Source: Deltaproteobacteria bacterium (lineage in GTDB: Bacteria > Myxococcota_A > Polyangia > Polyangiales > Houyiibacteriaceae). Taken from it: a stretch of DNA of 64,000 nucleotides. Positions within the stretch are counted from its first letter, which is position 1, and each line of letters begins with the position of its first letter. Positions 63,522-64,000 of this stretch are shown one piece after another. The stretch lies in contig JAXMNT010000002.1 of the NCBI GenBank assembly GCA_034670305.1, positions 213,985 to 277,984 on the forward strand, read 5' to 3'. The translations under genes and the position numbers were made by a program. Below the pieces are notes generated by a model, which had not been told where the DNA came from, searched no databases, and saw only the letters and a program-made list of their open reading frames with translations.

Positions 63522-63554
63522 ATCTGACACAGGGTCTCGCGACCCAAACAGACA

Positions 63555-63588
63555 ACGAAGCCGCGCTGGGAAACCAGGGCGGCTTCGT
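63555..63588 (+). terminator. Stem-loop, putative terminator
   Basis: ACGAAGCCGC-GCTGG-GAAA-CCAGG-GCGGCTTCGT, 33 nt after the stop. Confidence 0.65.
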
Positions 63589-63607
63589 CGCGTTCGAAGA
63601 CGCCGCA

Positions 63608-63880
63608 GGCATCGGCGTCGGCGGCGGCTTCGGCGTCGGCGTCGGCTTCGGCGTCGGCTTCGGCTTCGGCGTCGGTTTCGGCTTCGGCTTCGGCTTCGGA
63701 TTCGGATTCGGCGTCGGCGTCGGCGTCGGCGTCGGCTTCGGCGTCGGCTTCGGATTCGGCTTCGGCTTCGGCTTCGGCTTCGGATTCGGATTCGGATTCG
63801 GTTTCGGCTCCCGAACCAAGGGCAAGGGCAACGGCACGGGCAAGGGCACGGGCAAGGGCACGGGCACGGGCAGGGGCAAG
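63608..63880 (+). repeat. Composite hexamer repeat (TCGGCN)n + (GGGCAM)n
   Basis: Same architecture as 1415-1686, including a GAACCA spacer. Confidence 0.9.
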
Positions 63881-64000
63881 GACCTCCTACCGTCCGTCAA
63901 GCCCTCTTGAGGGTCAGATCGGCTTTGGGAGGCGACGCTGGGTTTTGTCGTAGAGACGGCGATCTCGAAGGGCTGCGACGAGTACAGCGAGCATCCGATC
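63879..64000 (-). mobile_element. Probable right end of an IS110-family element (transposase C-terminus 63914-64000)
   Basis: Minus frame DRMLAVLVAALRDRRLYDKTQRRLPKPI-stop resembles IS110 C-termini; followed by TTGACG and a CT dinucleotide at the repeat junction. Confidence 0.5.

Overview
GC-rich bacterial chromosomal window, most consistent with a myxobacterium (Polyangiales/Sandaracinaceae-like: MYXO-CTERM-like tail, DAG-rich lipoproteins, FHA-sigma54 activator, TraB-like OmpA protein, PilZ protein). It holds about 60 CDSs, mostly housekeeping or typical myxobacterial genes: a regulatory PTS block (rapZ-ptsH-ptsI-x-ptsN-hprK) converging on rpoN-hpf, tsaB, miaE, lepB, icmF, mtnP, a GlgA-like protein, a TPR-dynamin fusion and a PleD-like cyclase. 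The standout is a compact + strand cluster at 48317-53922: two HxsD-like genes, a 99-aa precursor-like peptide ending in (His-Gly-Ser)x16-Trp, a 1231-aa PhyH-type Fe(II)/2-oxoglutarate dioxygenase-TPR fusion and a Tat-signal protein. The HxsB/HxsC radical SAM maturases of canonical His-Xaa-Ser systems are absent from the cluster, so this is a candidate new RiPP-like system with an oxygenase maturase. Other observations: a dispersed composite hexamer repeat family, a probable IS110 right end abutting one such repeat at the window edge, a 21-bp repeat found both intergenically and in-frame inside miaE, recurrent TAnnnT boxes 5-9 nt before start codons (likely leaderless transcripts), and a GlgA homologue lacking catalytic motifs. 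All calls come from motif recognition by eye; no searches were run.
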